Shown one piece after another: positions 22,939-24,000 of a DNA stretch of 24,000 nucleotides (positions within the stretch are counted from its first letter, which is position 1; each line of letters starts with the position of its first letter). The position numbers and the translations under genes are program-made. Source of the DNA: Acidobacteriota bacterium (GTDB lineage Bacteria > Acidobacteriota > UBA6911 > JACQTF01); contig JACQTF010000082.1 in NCBI GenBank assembly GCA_016210925.1, positions 10,002 to 34,001 of the forward strand. The letters run 5' to 3'. The notes beneath the pieces are model-generated. The model had not been told where the DNA came from. It was given only the letters and a program-made list of their open reading frames with translations, and made no database searches.

Positions 22939-24000
22939 GTGAAGCTCAGGACGTTTTTTTATGGCATGGGCATAGGAGCCCTGGTCATTGCCGCTGCTGC
23001 GATGGGTTGGACGTTTCTGGCGGGACCAGGGGCGCGGGAGGGGGGAAGGGCGGGGCAGAAGGTGGTCATCTCGGCCCTGATGCACGTGGACATTACGGGT
23101 GCCTGGCACGAACTGGTGGCGCGGTTTAACGAAGAAAATCCCGACGTCGAGATGCATTACATCGAGGGGCCGTGGTCGACCGATACCAGGGAGGCGCTCT
23201 ATACGACATCCTTTCTGGCGGGCGAGTCTCCCTATGACATGGTCTTCATGGACGTGATCTGGGTCCCCAAATTTGCGGCAGCCGGGTGGTTGGAAGATTT
23301 GACCGATTGGTTGCCTCCCGAGCAGTGGAAGGAATTTCTGCCTGGCGACCTGGAAGGGAGCAAGCATCAGGGGAGGATCTATCGGGTGCCGATGTATTCC
23401 GACGTGGGCATGCTCTTCTATCGCCGGGACCTCTTGGAGGCGGCTGGGCTGGAACCACCCACGACCTGGCAGGACTTGATCGTGATGGCACAGAAGCTGC
23501 AAAAGCCGCCCCAGCTCTGGGGTTATGTTTGGCAGGGGAAGCAGTACGAGGGGTTGAGCTGTAACCTGCTGGAGGTCTTGCAGGGCTTCGGAGGATCTTG
23601 GGTGGATCCGGTCACCCAAGAGGTCGGACTTGATCAGCCCGAAGCCGCAGCGGCCTTGCAGTTGATGCACGACCTGATCCACAAACACAAGATATCGCCT
23701 CCCGGGGTCACTACGTATCAAGAAGAGGAAGCAAGACAAATCTTTCAAAGCGGGAACGCCGTCTTTCAGCGAAACTGGCCTTATGCTTGGGTATTGGCTC
23801 ACCAGGAACAATCTCCCGTAAAAGGGAAAGTAGGAATGGCTCCCATGGTGAGCCAAAAGGGACAAGACGGTTCAGGGGCCCAAGGCGGATCAGGCTTCGG
23901 AATTTACAAGTACAGCAAACACAAACGGGCGGCGTGGAGGTTCATTGTGTTCGCCACGAGTTCCAGGGCCCAGAAGTTCCTTCACCTCCAGGAGGGGCGG
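22939..24000 (+). CDS. Extracellular solute-binding protein (family 1, sugar type), 3'-truncated by the window end
   Basis: It is absent from the ORF track because it has no stop in the window. My hand translation in frame 1 from GTG 22939 (GGGAGG 11 nt upstream; alternative ATG 22966) gives VKLRTFFYGMGIGALVIAAAAMGW (signal/anchor) ...DMVFMDVIWVPKFAAAGWLEDLT...RVPMYSDVGMLFYRRDLLEAAGL...WQGKQYEGLSCNLLEVL...NWPYAW. The frame is open to nt 24000. Confidence 0.85.
   Translation, partial: MKLRTFFYGMGIGALVIAAAAMGWTFLAGPGAREGGRAGQKVVISALMHVDITGAWHELVARFNEENPDVEMHYIEGPWSTDTREALYTTSFLAGESPYDMVFMDVIWVPKFAAAGWLEDLTDWLPPEQWKEFLPGDLEGSKHQGRIYRVPMYSDVGMLFYRRDLLEAAGLEPPTTWQDLIVMAQKLQKPPQLWGYVWQGKQYEGLSCNLLEVLQGFGGSWVDPVTQEVGLDQPEAAAALQLMHDLIHKHKISPPGVTTYQEEEARQIFQSGNAVFQRNWPYAWVLAHQEQSPVKGKVGMAPMVSQKGQDGSGAQGGSGFGIYKYSKHKRAAWRFIVFATSSRAQKFLHLQEGR

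Noticed and set aside
22813-23865. 350-aa minus-strand ORF at the right end
   Set aside because: It is antisense to the hand-translated solute-binding protein gene, which has family-typical motifs and an SD. The minus product has no motifs.
1-24000. Search by eye for CRISPR arrays, tRNA/rRNA genes, IS elements, integrases and terminal inverted repeats
   Set aside because: I saw no regularly spaced repeats, no cloverleaf-like segments and no transposase or integrase-like ORFs. Absence by eye is not proof; tRNAscan, Infernal or ISfinder-type scans would settle it.

Overview
GC-rich bacterial chromosomal segment, roughly 60% GC by eye. It has strong GGAGG-type Shine-Dalgarno sites, several ATGA/TTGA stop-start overlaps, and many long antisense shadow ORFs typical of high-GC DNA. 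I found no tRNA, rRNA, CRISPR array, transposase or integrase. Most genes I can assign relate to osmotic or compatible-solute physiology. (1) A tightly coupled otsA-otsB-unknown-TreT-like GT4 trehalose module lies at 242-4449. (2) An SLC13/DASS permease with two TrkA-C domains and an MscS channel lie at 5587-8482. (3) An APC amino-acid permease fused to tandem Usp domains, plus a small TM-helix-repeat membrane protein, lie at 11456-14375. (4) A second MscS channel, a GpgS-type glycosyl-3-phosphoglycerate synthase, an MpgP/YedP-family phosphatase, a second GT-A glycosyltransferase and a paralogous TM-helix-repeat protein lie at 16492-21696. They are followed by a sugar-type ABC importer (ATPase and solute-binding protein, truncated by the window end). 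A translationally coupled carbon-nitrogen hydrolase and GNAT pair sits on the minus strand at 9214-10781. Four gene remnants sit at or next to the boundaries of these modules: a Usp-like fragment (1-200), a decayed copy of the MscS 3' end (5275-5530), an internally deleted GGDEF gene (8572-9158) and a histone-deacetylase-family C-terminal fragment (15870-16130). The most promising candidates for undescribed biology are three. One is the three-enzyme glycosyl-glycerate unit bracketed by mechanosensitive-type membrane proteins. The second is the four-gene trehalose unit with an internally duplicated protein of unknown function. The third is the pair of stand-alone TM-helix-repeat proteins. All functional calls rest on motif recognition by eye; no database search was possible.
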